This document shows, piece by piece, positions 53,824 through 63,342 of a stretch of DNA of 64,000 bases. Location of the stretch: NCBI GenBank assembly GCA_918797485.1, contig CAKKNE010000005.1:930001-994000 (forward strand), given 5' to 3'. The notes beneath the pieces were generated by a model. It had not been told where the DNA came from. It saw nothing but the letters and a program-made list of their open reading frames with translations, and ran no database searches. Both the position numbers and the translations under genes were made by a program. Origin of the DNA: Pelagomonas calceolata (Eukaryota). Position 1 is the first letter of the stretch. The number at the start of each line of letters is the position of its first letter.

Positions 53824-55341
53824 TCAGCCGTCCTCCTCGAGCAGCGGCGTCACCGTCGGCGGCTCGGCCACGACCTCCTCGACGCGGCGGGCCGCCCGCC
53901 ACCGCGACACGCCGAAGAAGAAGAGCGACGTGAGGAAGTAGAGGCAGAGGCCGAAGGTGATGCCCCGCAGGTGCCCGCGCTGCTTTGACCCGACACCGCA
54001 AGCCTCGCCCAGATGAGAATGCGCGTCCGGCGCGCAATCAGGCGCCCACCGATCTTTGAGCAGGCCCACGACGACGGGCGACGGCACGTCGCCGAACGCG
54101 TGCATCAGCAGCGTCGCCACGGCGATGCCGAAGGCGCGGTGCTCGCGCGGCACGCCCTCGAAGATCGAGACGTTCATCGGAGACGTCGCCGCGAAGAGCG
54201 GCAGCGTGCCCAGGCCGATGCTCGCGAGGAACCAGGACCGGTCTCGAGCGAAGGCCGCCGGCGTTATGAGCAACGCGCCCGCGCCGACGGTCGCTATGCT
54301 GACTTCCAACGCCGCTCGGAGCTTGTGTTCGCGTTTCCGCGTCCACGCGTCCAAGGCGAGCCCGCCCAGCGGCGTGCCTAGCGCGCCAGACACGGCCAGC
54401 GTCGCCGAGAAGGCCAGGGACGCTTGCACACTGTCCGTCCAGAGGCCCAATCCGACGACCTGTGCATAAATCAAATGTCGCGGCACATCTCCAAACACAC
54501 CCACGCCATCAACGCGACGCCTGCTCGACGGCGTGGCGATGCCGGTTTCTCACCGCTCGACGGAGCACCCGACGCACCAGTTGATTTCCACGCAGCCCAC
54601 GACGATGCTTGGCCCGAACGTCGAAAAGCCGATCACCGACGCCGCGTAGCCCGCGTAGCCTAAAACTGTAAAACGGAAGGTTTTCGACCGTCGCAGGGCT
54701 TGGAGCTCGGTCTTGATCGAGGGTGGCGCCTCGTCGCGATTGACGATGCGCGAACCGTCATCCTTCGACAACAGGAATAGTGACGCCGGCACGAGCATCA
54801 CCAAACCCTGGGCGTAGAAGGCCGCGGCCCACGTCCACCGCTGAGCCACAAAGGCCCCGTAGCCGTAGCCGAGCGCCGTCCCCGCGGGTATGGCCGCATA
54901 GAACACACCCAACCAAAAACCTTGTTGACTACCGGCGGCGTCCTGGATGAAGGGCCCGCCGATGGTCACAAAACCGGCCTCGCCGCACCCGCCTACTGCT
55001 CGTGCCGTGATTAACAACGCGTACGACTTGAGCGGCTTGGCCAAGCCGGCTAACAGCATGGAGAAGCACCATATGAGTAAACCGACGCCGCAGAGCTTGA
55101 ATGGTGGTACTCGGTGCGCCAGGTGTCCCACAACAACAGACGCGATCGAGAACCCGACGATAAAGGCACTCGTCAACGCGCCGAAGGCCGCCGACGTGCC
55201 CCAGGTGGTCTCGCTGCCTTCTATAAATGAATCAAACGCTCCTGATGCTCCGGGCACGATACCTCTATCGATGTAATTCAGGATGTTGGTCGAGATGAGC
55301 AGGACCATGAGGCAGCGTTCTGACAAAGGGAGGGAGGGCAT
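53824..55341 (-). CDS. Spinster-like MFS transporter; join(55341..54604,54459..53824)
   Basis: NILNYIDRG, GCGEAGF, IPAGTALGY and HAFGDVPSP. Confidence 0.88.
54452..54603 (-). mobile_element. Introner (element 54460-54595; intron 54460-54603)
   Basis: TSD ccgacgac/cccacgac. TIR ctgtgcataaatcaa/ttgatttccacgcag. Confidence 0.85.
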
Positions 55342-55454
55342 GGCTGCCGCCGGCTGGGGGTCGCCTCGATCGCAGGGGCACGTATGCGTTGTGTTTTGTG
55401 TGTGGTGGCTCGTACAGAGCGGTCGTACAGAGCGGCCGCGCGGTGCTGGACGGA

Positions 55455-55477
55455 GCTAGCGGCCCGTAAGACACTAG
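55455..55477. promoter_or_regulatory. Representative copy of the intergenic motif GCTAGCG-N-GTAAGACACTAG
   Basis: Recurs in nine intergenic, gene-upstream regions (see findings). Confidence 0.55.
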
Positions 55478-55574
55478 GCATCCAGGGCAAAGCTGTGCCT
55501 TGAGCTCTCGCGTAAACCAGCAGCAATTAGAGCTTTATAATTCACCAGAAGCAGGGCATGTGAAAGCTTGAAGC

Positions 55575-57266
55575 ATGGGCAAGAAATCCAGGGCCCAAAA
55601 GGATACGCGCGAGGGGTGGCAGCGCCGGGATGGCGAGAGGACCACTCAGGCCAAAGAGCAGGTCTCGATCTCCGCCCGCAAGGCCATCCGTCGGGATGTT
55701 CCTGCGCTCAGCAAGCTGGTGAAGTCGTGTGCCCAATTACAGAACGAGTGGGCCGTGTACGAAAACAAGCCGTGGGAGTGGGGTCGCGTCAAGGCGACGC
55801 AGTACGGCTTGACCTGGTTCTTCTTTAATGGCCTCGAGGCCCTGGAGACGCTGCCAGCGACGATTGACCAGTTCAAATTTTTGAACACGATTCACGCGAA
55901 GAAGTGCACGGGCCTCCGCACGCTGCCGCGCGCCATTGTAAATTTGCCATACTTGTCCGAGCTGAACTTGGAAGGCTGTACCGGCCTGACCGTTTTGCCC
56001 GATGTGATCGGCGAGTTGAAGTCGCTGAGAACCTTGGACCTCAGTGGATGCACTGCTTTGCGCACGCTGCCAGATGCGATCGGCGGCGTCAACGGCGGCC
56101 TCGGGTGTCTGGAGCACATTACCTTCCATGATTGCACTGGTCTCGTGGCGTTGCCCGACGCGATTGGCCGGCTGCCCGCGCTCACGGGCTTGTCGTTTTC
56201 GGTTTGTACGGGCCTCACCACGCTACCAGATGGAATCGGTAACCTCAGCACTCTGAGGCATATACAATTGTGGGAATGTTCCGGGCTCGTGACGCTGCCC
56301 GACTCCATCTGTCGACTCACTAGTTTGGGTACGCTCTGCCTTAACGATTGCACGAAACTCCGGGCGCTGCCGGCCTCGCTCGGCGATCTTGGCGCCCTGA
56401 AGAATCTGGAGCTTAGGAATTGCTCGAGTTTGAAGGTGTTGCCCGTTTATGTTTTTCAACTCGTTAAACATTTGGGCCATGGCTGGGAGTTCAACCGGCC
56501 ATTGGCCGGTTGCTCGAGCCTGACCTTTTTGCCCGATTCGGAAGCTTGCGGCGCGTTTAACAGATTCCACCGGGACCACGCATCCCTTAACGTGACCGGC
56601 TGTGTCCACCTCCGAGCACTCCCAGAAAGCGTCTTCTGGTCTGGAAAGATTACCAGTCTCTGCGTGAGTGGCTGCTCTAATTTGGTCGCATTGCCTGACG
56701 CGGTCGGCGAGCAGAGCCAATTAGCATATCTCGACGTGTCCAATTGCCCGGGCCTCAGTACTTTGCCCGAAGCGATCTGCGGTCTTGTCGATTTGACAAG
56801 CTTGAACGTGACCGGTTGCTCGAACCTCACGCTCCCCATCGCCGTCCATAGCATGTTTAAATTGACGGTCGAGGGCGGGGACGACGTGCGCTGGATCCCG
56901 TCGGCCACGGCGGCGGCGCTCGTCGCCGCGAGCGATAGGGCGCGGCGGAGGAAGCTTCGCAAATGCGTGTGGTGTAGTACAGAGACCAAGACGTTTTGCG
57001 TGGCGTGCGGCGAGACTTATTACTGTAGTCGGGATCACCAAAGGCAGCATTGGGAAGCCATGGGTGAGAGCAGTCACAAGTTTGCGTGCGCAAAAATTCG
57101 GAAGCACAACCGTCGGCGGTGCGACGTCTGCGGCCGCGTGGGCAGCTCCGAGGAGCCCCCGTATCCCGTGTGCGACGGATGCGGCGCGCGGCGGTACTGC
57201 GGCGAAGCTTGCCAGTTGGCGGACTGGGAGGCCGGCCACGCGCAGGCGTGCGCCGTCGCGGCATAG
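55575..57266 (+). CDS. LRR protein (L..C..L..LP repeats) with two C-terminal MYND fingers
   Basis: About 13 LRRs of roughly 24 aa; C..C..C..C...YYCS..HQ..HW and RYCG..CQ..DW. Confidence 0.85.
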   Translation: MGKKSRAQKDTREGWQRRDGERTTQAKEQVSISARKAIRRDVPALSKLVKSCAQLQNEWAVYENKPWEWGRVKATQYGLTWFFFNGLEALETLPATIDQFKFLNTIHAKKCTGLRTLPRAIVNLPYLSELNLEGCTGLTVLPDVIGELKSLRTLDLSGCTALRTLPDAIGGVNGGLGCLEHITFHDCTGLVALPDAIGRLPALTGLSFSVCTGLTTLPDGIGNLSTLRHIQLWECSGLVTLPDSICRLTSLGTLCLNDCTKLRALPASLGDLGALKNLELRNCSSLKVLPVYVFQLVKHLGHGWEFNRPLAGCSSLTFLPDSEACGAFNRFHRDHASLNVTGCVHLRALPESVFWSGKITSLCVSGCSNLVALPDAVGEQSQLAYLDVSNCPGLSTLPEAICGLVDLTSLNVTGCSNLTLPIAVHSMFKLTVEGGDDVRWIPSATAAALVAASDRARRRKLRKCVWCSTETKTFCVACGETYYCSRDHQRQHWEAMGESSHKFACAKIRKHNRRRCDVCGRVGSSEEPPYPVCDGCGARRYCGEACQLADWEAGHAQACAVAA

Positions 57267-57308
57267 GCTCTGTTGTAAGTATGACTGTATCTCTACGACG
57301 CCTCGCTC

Positions 57309-58787
57309 TTAGGCCGGAAACGCCCCGATCACGACGCCCCGCCCCAGCGCCGCCAGGGCCCTCCCCGCGCGGACCTCGGGCCGCGCGAGCGCTACCGCGC
57401 CCGCGCCCGCGACGACGACCGGCACCCAGGGGAACCCCTCTTTTTGTGGAGGCGGCGGCGGAGGCGGCGGCCGTTGCACGGCGCCGCAGAGAACGAACGC
57501 GAGCGCCGCCGCCAGCACACACCGCCGCCGTCCATAATACCGGGGAGGAGGCGCCGGCATCCGCACAAGGCGCCGCGGCTCCGGTCGCACGGTCCGCCAG
57601 CCGCCGAACGCGAGCGCGGCGTTCAGGGGCGACGGCGGCGGCGGCGCGGCGTGTTTTTCCCTATCTTCGCCCTCGACGAACGTGAGCGTGAGCGGTCGCG
57701 GCGCCGCGGCAATCGTCCTGAGGAGTTCCGTGAGCCGGTCCTTGGACGTCGGCTCGACAATTACTTTCCCATTGACCGCCACGAGCTCGTCCGTGGGCTT
57801 GATCTGAGCGCGGCCGACGCATTGCCGCGCGACGCTCTCGACGACGACGAAGCGCCGCCCCTGCTCGCCGTACCTAGCTAGGGCGATCTGGAAGTGGAGC
57901 GGACCCTCCTCGACGAACTCGACGCGATAGACCAATCCTAATTTTTCTACGGCCGAGACGTAGTCGACGACGACCCCTCTAACGGTCCTATGATACTCCA
58001 CAACCACATCGCTCAGCCTTCGCCGATCTTCCGACGCCGACAGTTTTTTTTGTAGCGACCGCCGAGCTTTGCTACAGGCCTCGTCCCACGGGTCCGGCCC
58101 GCTCGCGTGGCGCTTGACCAAACCGTCCCGCGTCACGGACGCGCGGCGCTGCGACGCGCGCCGCCCAAAAACCTTCCGCTTCTCGTCCTCGGCGAGCTCC
58201 TCCGTCTCGTCCAAGAGAGGCGCCTCGTGGCGCGCGACGGCGCCGCGTAACGCGCTCCAGAGCGACTTTTTTTTGTGTGACGGCGAGGGCGTCTTCTTCG
58301 AAGGTTTCTCGACCGTGTCCGGCGGCGTGTAGACGTCCAAGCCTCTTTGCGCGGCCCTTTCCGCTACTTTTCTCACAAACGCTTCGTCGGTCATGTCGTC
58401 CGACTTTGCGGGCGAGGCCGTCAGTCTCGATATCTCGGCGTCGGGCTCGGGCGAGGGCACCATGATGCTCGCTCCTTCTCTTATCGCGTTGTCGAGCGTT
58501 TTCCGCGCGTCGGGGCCGTCCATGCCTTCCGGCGGCGGCGTGCCGGCCTCGTAGGTCGGCGAGAGGCGCCGCCGCTCGGCCGGCGTCGGCTTGCCGCCCG
58601 ACGTTTCCTCCGGTATGGGCGAGAGGGACGAGGGCGACCGGCCGGCGCCCCTGGAGATGTAATCGGCGTCGGCGTCGGCGTCGGCCCGCGGCGGCGTGCG
58701 CGGCGCGGAGCCGGCCCAGAACGGGGCGGCGAGCGGCCGCGACGCCTCGCCGACGGTGGCGGGCTCGCTGGTGAACGAGAGCGGCAT
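57309..58787 (-). CDS. Hypothetical protein with PDZ-like domain
   Basis: QIKPTDELVAVNG ... RPLTLTF; disordered N-terminus. Confidence 0.65.
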   Translation of the reverse strand: MPLSFTSEPATVGEASRPLAAPFWAGSAPRTPPRADADADADYISRGAGRSPSSLSPIPEETSGGKPTPAERRRLSPTYEAGTPPPEGMDGPDARKTLDNAIREGASIMVPSPEPDAEISRLTASPAKSDDMTDEAFVRKVAERAAQRGLDVYTPPDTVEKPSKKTPSPSHKKKSLWSALRGAVARHEAPLLDETEELAEDEKRKVFGRRASQRRASVTRDGLVKRHASGPDPWDEACSKARRSLQKKLSASEDRRRLSDVVVEYHRTVRGVVVDYVSAVEKLGLVYRVEFVEEGPLHFQIALARYGEQGRRFVVVESVARQCVGRAQIKPTDELVAVNGKVIVEPTSKDRLTELLRTIAAAPRPLTLTFVEGEDREKHAAPPPPSPLNAALAFGGWRTVRPEPRRLVRMPAPPPRYYGRRRCVLAAALAFVLCGAVQRPPPPPPPPQKEGFPWVPVVVAGAGAVALARPEVRAGRALAALGRGVVIGAFPA

Positions 58788-59412
58788 GGAGTTCTTTTTT
58801 TCCGGTTTAAGGCTGACTGTTCACTGTTCAGATCTTGAGCGCCCTCCCGTGACGCGACCGCCGTCGAAATCCGAACTCAGGGGTTGTGGCCGTCCGCTCG
58901 ACACTCCTGTGACGACCAAACTCCGGTACGGCGGTAGATAAAAGCAAAGCTGGCCGTCAGCTTGTAAAACCCGTCAAGATCCATCCCGAGCGGGCACGAC
59001 TCGCTTCACGACTCAATCCCGGGCCCGCAACAAACGTGGCGCCACTAGCGCCTCCCTATGGTGCGACAGCGCGAGACGGTGGGCGCGGGCCGCGAGACAC
59101 AAAAAGGGCAGCCCCAGAGCGCAAAGACGAAACCGAGCCGTGCAGAGGACTCCCTCCGCTACCCCACCCAAGCCTTACGACTTCTGCCCGGCGCCCCCAC
59201 TAGCATCAGCCTAGAAGCGAAGCGGTTTGGGCGCTGGCCGCCGCGAACATAAGGGCTGCCCACCACGGAGTCCAAGGGCGAAACGAAGGACGAGGCGCAG
59301 CAGCGCTTGGCGGCGTCCGCCTTCGTCTTGCGTGGGACGGCGGCGCCTCTGGGGGCTGGCTGCTGCTTGCCGAGAGAACCGCCAGCAGGAACGCGTCGCG
59401 CGCAGGCACAAG

Positions 59413-59803
59413 ATGCCCGCCCGCGAACCTATCAGGATGCGCCGCGCCAAGGCTTGGAACGTCGAGGTCGAGAACGCCTACCGGTTTCAGTGCGCGGGTT
59501 GGCGCTCGGCAGAAGAGTACGCCCAGGGCGAGTACGGGGATGAGATTTCTTGGTTCAGCGACTCGGGGCTGGTCGAGAAGGTGCAGAATAGACAGGGGCT
59601 GTTCATGTACTTCAAGCGGTGCTTGGCGGCGTCCGCGGCACTGCCTTCGTCGTCGATGGCGTCCTCGGCGGCGTGGGGCCTGGCTCGGTCTCGCGGTCGC
59701 GGTCCGCGAGAAACGCGTCGCGCGCAGGCACCGCGAGTGCCTCGACAAGTACCTGCCGCGCGTCAAGATCTTCGAGTACGCGAACGACGGCGGCCACAAG
59801 TAG
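59413..59803 (+). CDS. MEIG1: MEIG1-like protein; join(59413..59618,59728..59803), 93 aa
   Basis: AKAW..EVENAYRFQ.AGWR...EY ... G.V.KVQ..YF...REC.DK....VKIFEY. Confidence 0.85.
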
Positions 59804-59905
59804 AGGACCACGATCCCGTCGACTTCCGAACACACGAGCGCAAGACTAAGACATCATTCCGAAGTAGTTACTGGTAGTACGTGGGGGGTGGGCGTCGGCC
59901 GGAAG

Positions 59906-60409
59906 CTAAGCGTCCTGCTCGGGATCGATCTGGCTCGGGCGCGTTACAGTCGTGATGCGCAGCGTCAGGTCGAGTCGCGTGCAGCCTGGAGGCGACTCCC
60001 GGTATTGCCGCGGGAAGGGGAGAGAGTATACTGCTGGGGGCGAGAATCTTTGTCCAAATCTTGCCCCACAACACGTCCAGCGCACGTAGCCACCGTATTC
60101 CCCGCGTGCGTTCTCATTGTACTCGTACGACCCGGCTTCGAGAGTGCCGGGATGATACCGACCCTCGTCGTCAATCCAAAGGCAGGGCGAGGGATGATAC
60201 GGACTGCATTTGCCACAGCAGTCGAAGTACGGCCAGCGGCCAGTAGTGCGCAGGTCTTTCCATTGACGTCCAATTATTGAGTGGCCACTCATGACGATTT
60301 TCCCCATATGACCAGAGTCCACAGGCTTGAAAGAGAGGACCAGAGCGACGATCTCAGGCGGCAAAGTCAGCTCCTGGTGCGTCGTGACGGTGCGCGGTTC
60401 TGTGGCCAT
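59906..60409 (-). CDS. Hypothetical protein, F-box-like start plus Cys/His (YHPG..WTCC) motif
   Basis: LPPEIVALVLSF; YFDCCG; YHPG; WTCCG. Confidence 0.6.
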   Translation of the reverse strand: MATEPRTVTTHQELTLPPEIVALVLSFKPVDSGHMGKIVMSGHSIIGRQWKDLRTTGRWPYFDCCGKCSPYHPSPCLWIDDEGRYHPGTLEAGSYEYNENARGEYGGYVRWTCCGARFGQRFSPPAVYSLPFPRQYRESPPGCTRLDLTLRITTVTRPSQIDPEQDA

Positions 60410-60579
60410 CGTAACTCGGCTGGGAGTCTAGGTGACTTGACTCTTGAGTCAATTTGCAGTGCTAAAAAAAAATTGCAGCTTGGCGGACCTCTATGGCGGA
60501 CCCAGACGCCGACGACGCGGCTAGGTACAACTAAAATTCGACTATTTTCGACTTAATGTGCATATATAAACTAGGATGT

Positions 60580-62122
60580 TCAGGCTTCGTCCAGCAGCTC
60601 GCCGAACGACGGCAGCGTCGGCCCGCCGCCCACGGACCCAATCCCGTAGACCTGGCCCTTGAAGTTGACGGCGTACCCCGCGTGCTTCGCCGAAGCGGGC
60701 GTGCCGTAGATGTATCTTGTGCTTTTCACGCCGTCCAGCGACGTCAGCAGGAACTGCAGCGCGTCCCAGCTCTTGAAGTGCACGTCGTCAAAAGTTGATA
60801 ATCTCTCAATATCTATCACGTTGTAGCCGACGTCGCCCTTCGAGGTGTTGATCTGTTGGACGATGTTGATGCCCGCGTTGCCGAAGACGCTGAGGATCTC
60901 GCCGAGCATGCCCGGGCGGTTCTCGTTGACGACGCAGACCCTTTGTACGGTATCTAGTCTTGCAGGTAGTGTAGTAGTGGGAAAGTTGACGCTATCCCTG
61001 ATGGTACCGGTCTGGAGGTACAATGCTGTAGTATCAGCAGCCATGGCCGCCGCGTTCTCCTCGGCTTCATCCGTAGAGGCTCCTAGATGTGGTAAGACGA
61101 TAACGTTCGACCTCGGGGACAACTCGGGCCCGACCGCGAAGTCGCATACATATCTGCCCGACCCGCCGTTGTCGAAGTGGTGCGCCAATGCCGCTTCATC
61201 GACGAGCTCACCCCTAGCGAAGTTCAGGATGCAGGCATCAGTTCTCATCTGCGACAGGATTTGGGTCGAGATCATCCCGTTCGTGTGCTCGTTGGAAGGA
61301 GCGTGTAGCGAGATATAGTCCGACGCCTTTGCTAAATCTTCGAGCGAGTCCACGATGCGGATGCGGTGGCCCGGTAATTTGAGAGCCGCATCGACACTGA
61401 GAGCGGGGTCGAACCCTACGACCTCCATCCGCAGATCGAGAGCAGCCTTCAGCACGGCCGCACCGATGGCGCCGAGACCGACCACACCCAGCGTCTTCCC
61501 TGCCAACTCTCTACCTCCGAACTGGGCCTTCACCTTCTCGATCTGCGCATGCGCTTCTCCTGATTGATGAAGTTCCTCCATGCGCGTCGCGCCCTCCATG
61601 ACGCCTCGCGACGCTAAGAATAGGCCACACAGCGCCAACTCTTTCACGGCGTTGGCGTTCGCGCCCGGCGTGTTGAACACCGGGACACCTAAGTCCGTCA
61701 TCAGCGGCACGTTGCAGTTGTTCGTGCCCGCGCCGCACCTCGCTATGCTTCGACACATGAGCGGTACGTCACCGGCTTGGAGCTTGTGGGACCTCAACCT
61801 GTGTGGAAATCAACCAGTGAGTGAGGTTTTCGTGAAGCTCCACGCCATGGAGCCGACGCGGTCACGGGGACAACGTCGCGTCGATGGCGTAGAAGCTCGA
61901 CGCCATCGAGCAGACGCAGTCATTGGAACGACGTCGCGTCGACGGCGTAGGGCATCCGAGATTTGATTTCCACACAGACCTCAACAGTATGGCGTGGGCG
62001 CCGTCATTGTTATCTTCCTTGATTTGAAACATCGACGGGTCGAAGCGCGATAAACCGGCGGCGTTGATCTTGTTGAAGGTCCTCACGACGAGCTTGGGTG
62101 CCGCTTTCGCGGCGGCGGCCAT
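60580..62122 (-). CDS. PHGDH: D-3-phosphoglycerate dehydrogenase with ACT domain; join(62122..61986,61798..60580), 451 aa
   Basis: LLRSHKL, RCGAGTNN, NTPGANANAVKE, GLGAIG, NFARG, PHLGAST and NRPGML. Confidence 0.93.
61791..61985 (-). mobile_element. Intact introner (element 61799-61977; intron 61799-61985)
   Basis: Perfect 15-bp TIR CTGTGTGGAAATCAA/TTGATTTCCACACAG and perfect 8-bp TSD ACCTCAAC. Confidence 0.92.
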
Positions 62123-62468
62123 CTTTAATTGGTTGCTGGTTTATGTGATGGTGTACGCGCGCTTGTGCGGAGCGGTTGAGTATCGCTGCTGGTTTTCTTC
62201 CTGCAGCAGTGTGCTCTGTGAAGTGAGCGCTTGAGCTGAAGCCTCGGCGCGCTCGTCGACAACGAGAATATGCACACGAGACGCAGCGCTACGGTATCTG
62301 CTGTGCTTTGCTGCTGATTCAAGCACGCGCCTGCCACTTTTGCAAAAGTGACTGCTAGCGTCGTAAAGACACTAGCCTTCATTGAACAACGCGCGGTACG
62401 GCTTGTTCACGGCACGCGCCCGCCGCCGACGAATCGACAACGCGTGGCGTCTCCCCCACAAGCGGGAT

Positions 62469-62497
62469 CCGCCCACTAGTCCTAGCACCGTAACAAT
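62469..62497. promoter_or_regulatory. Representative copy of the intergenic motif CCGCCCACTAGTCCTAGCACCGTAACAAT
   Basis: Four copies, all intergenic (see findings). Confidence 0.45.
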
Positions 62498-62586
62498 ATC
62501 AGACGCGCGGCGTCCCCCACGCGCTCGGCCCACCTTCCCCCACCGCTCGAGGACGACGCCAACGACGCGACTACTAGAAACCTTAC

Positions 62587-63342
62587 TCACCACTTGTCCG
62601 TCTTCTCTCCGGTGGAAGACGGCTCCGTCCCCAGCAACCCCGCAAGAGCTGAACGCTCCTTCTCGTTCCGAGGCGCTTGAGCCGCCAGCATCATCCTATT
62701 ATCAATCAACGTATTCACGACACCGGTCCGCCGGTTCTGGACCATCAGATACACGAAGCCATCGTATTGGTCAGACACTTCCGCGAAAGCGAAGCCTTCG
62801 CCGTACGGACCTTTAATATTGAACCGGACCCGCATCCTATTACTACCATCTTTTTCATCGACGTAAGGCGTATTTTCAATAAAGTTCCTCCTCCCCTCGC
62901 GGTGGCCGCCGTGGTCGCGGCCGTAGCCCTTGAGTGGCGTCCCGTACACGCGTTCGATCGTGGAATTGGATCGGATGACTTCAAACGCTTTGTCGAAGAC
63001 GCTGTTCGGGGAGAGTTTCGTGGGCATGAGCTCCCGAAAGATGTAGTAGCCGCAGACCGACGCCAAGCCAAGTCCCGCGGCCCACGCACTCAGGTTGAGG
63101 CCAACGCCGACCTTCTGGGCCGGCGTCAACGGCACGAGATCATCAATGTCGTCCTCCGTCGCGCGCTCGACGGCGGACTTCTTCTTCTGCGGCGGCTTCT
63201 CGTCGGCGGCGAGTCTTCGGCGCTGCGCTCTGATGGCGCGCGCCGGCGGCCTGGCTACCGCGGCGCGCGCGGACTGGACGTGGATGGCCCGCGGTGCCGC
63301 GCGCGCGGCCGCGCGGCTCGTCACGGCGAGCCTCGAGAGCAT
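62587..63342 (-). CDS. TIM21: Mitochondrial import translocase Tim21
   Basis: Arg-rich presequence and one TM; EL.P..SPN.VF..A; G.PLKGYG; MRVRFNIKGP.G.G. Confidence 0.85.
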   Translation of the reverse strand: MLSRLAVTSRAAARAAPRAIHVQSARAAVARPPARAIRAQRRRLAADEKPPQKKKSAVERATEDDIDDLVPLTPAQKVGVGLNLSAWAAGLGLASVCGYYIFRELMPTKLSPNSVFDKAFEVIRSNSTIERVYGTPLKGYGRDHGGHREGRRNFIENTPYVDEKDGSNRMRVRFNIKGPYGEGFAFAEVSDQYDGFVYLMVQNRRTGVVNTLIDNRMMLAAQAPRNEKERSALAGLLGTEPSSTGEKTDKW

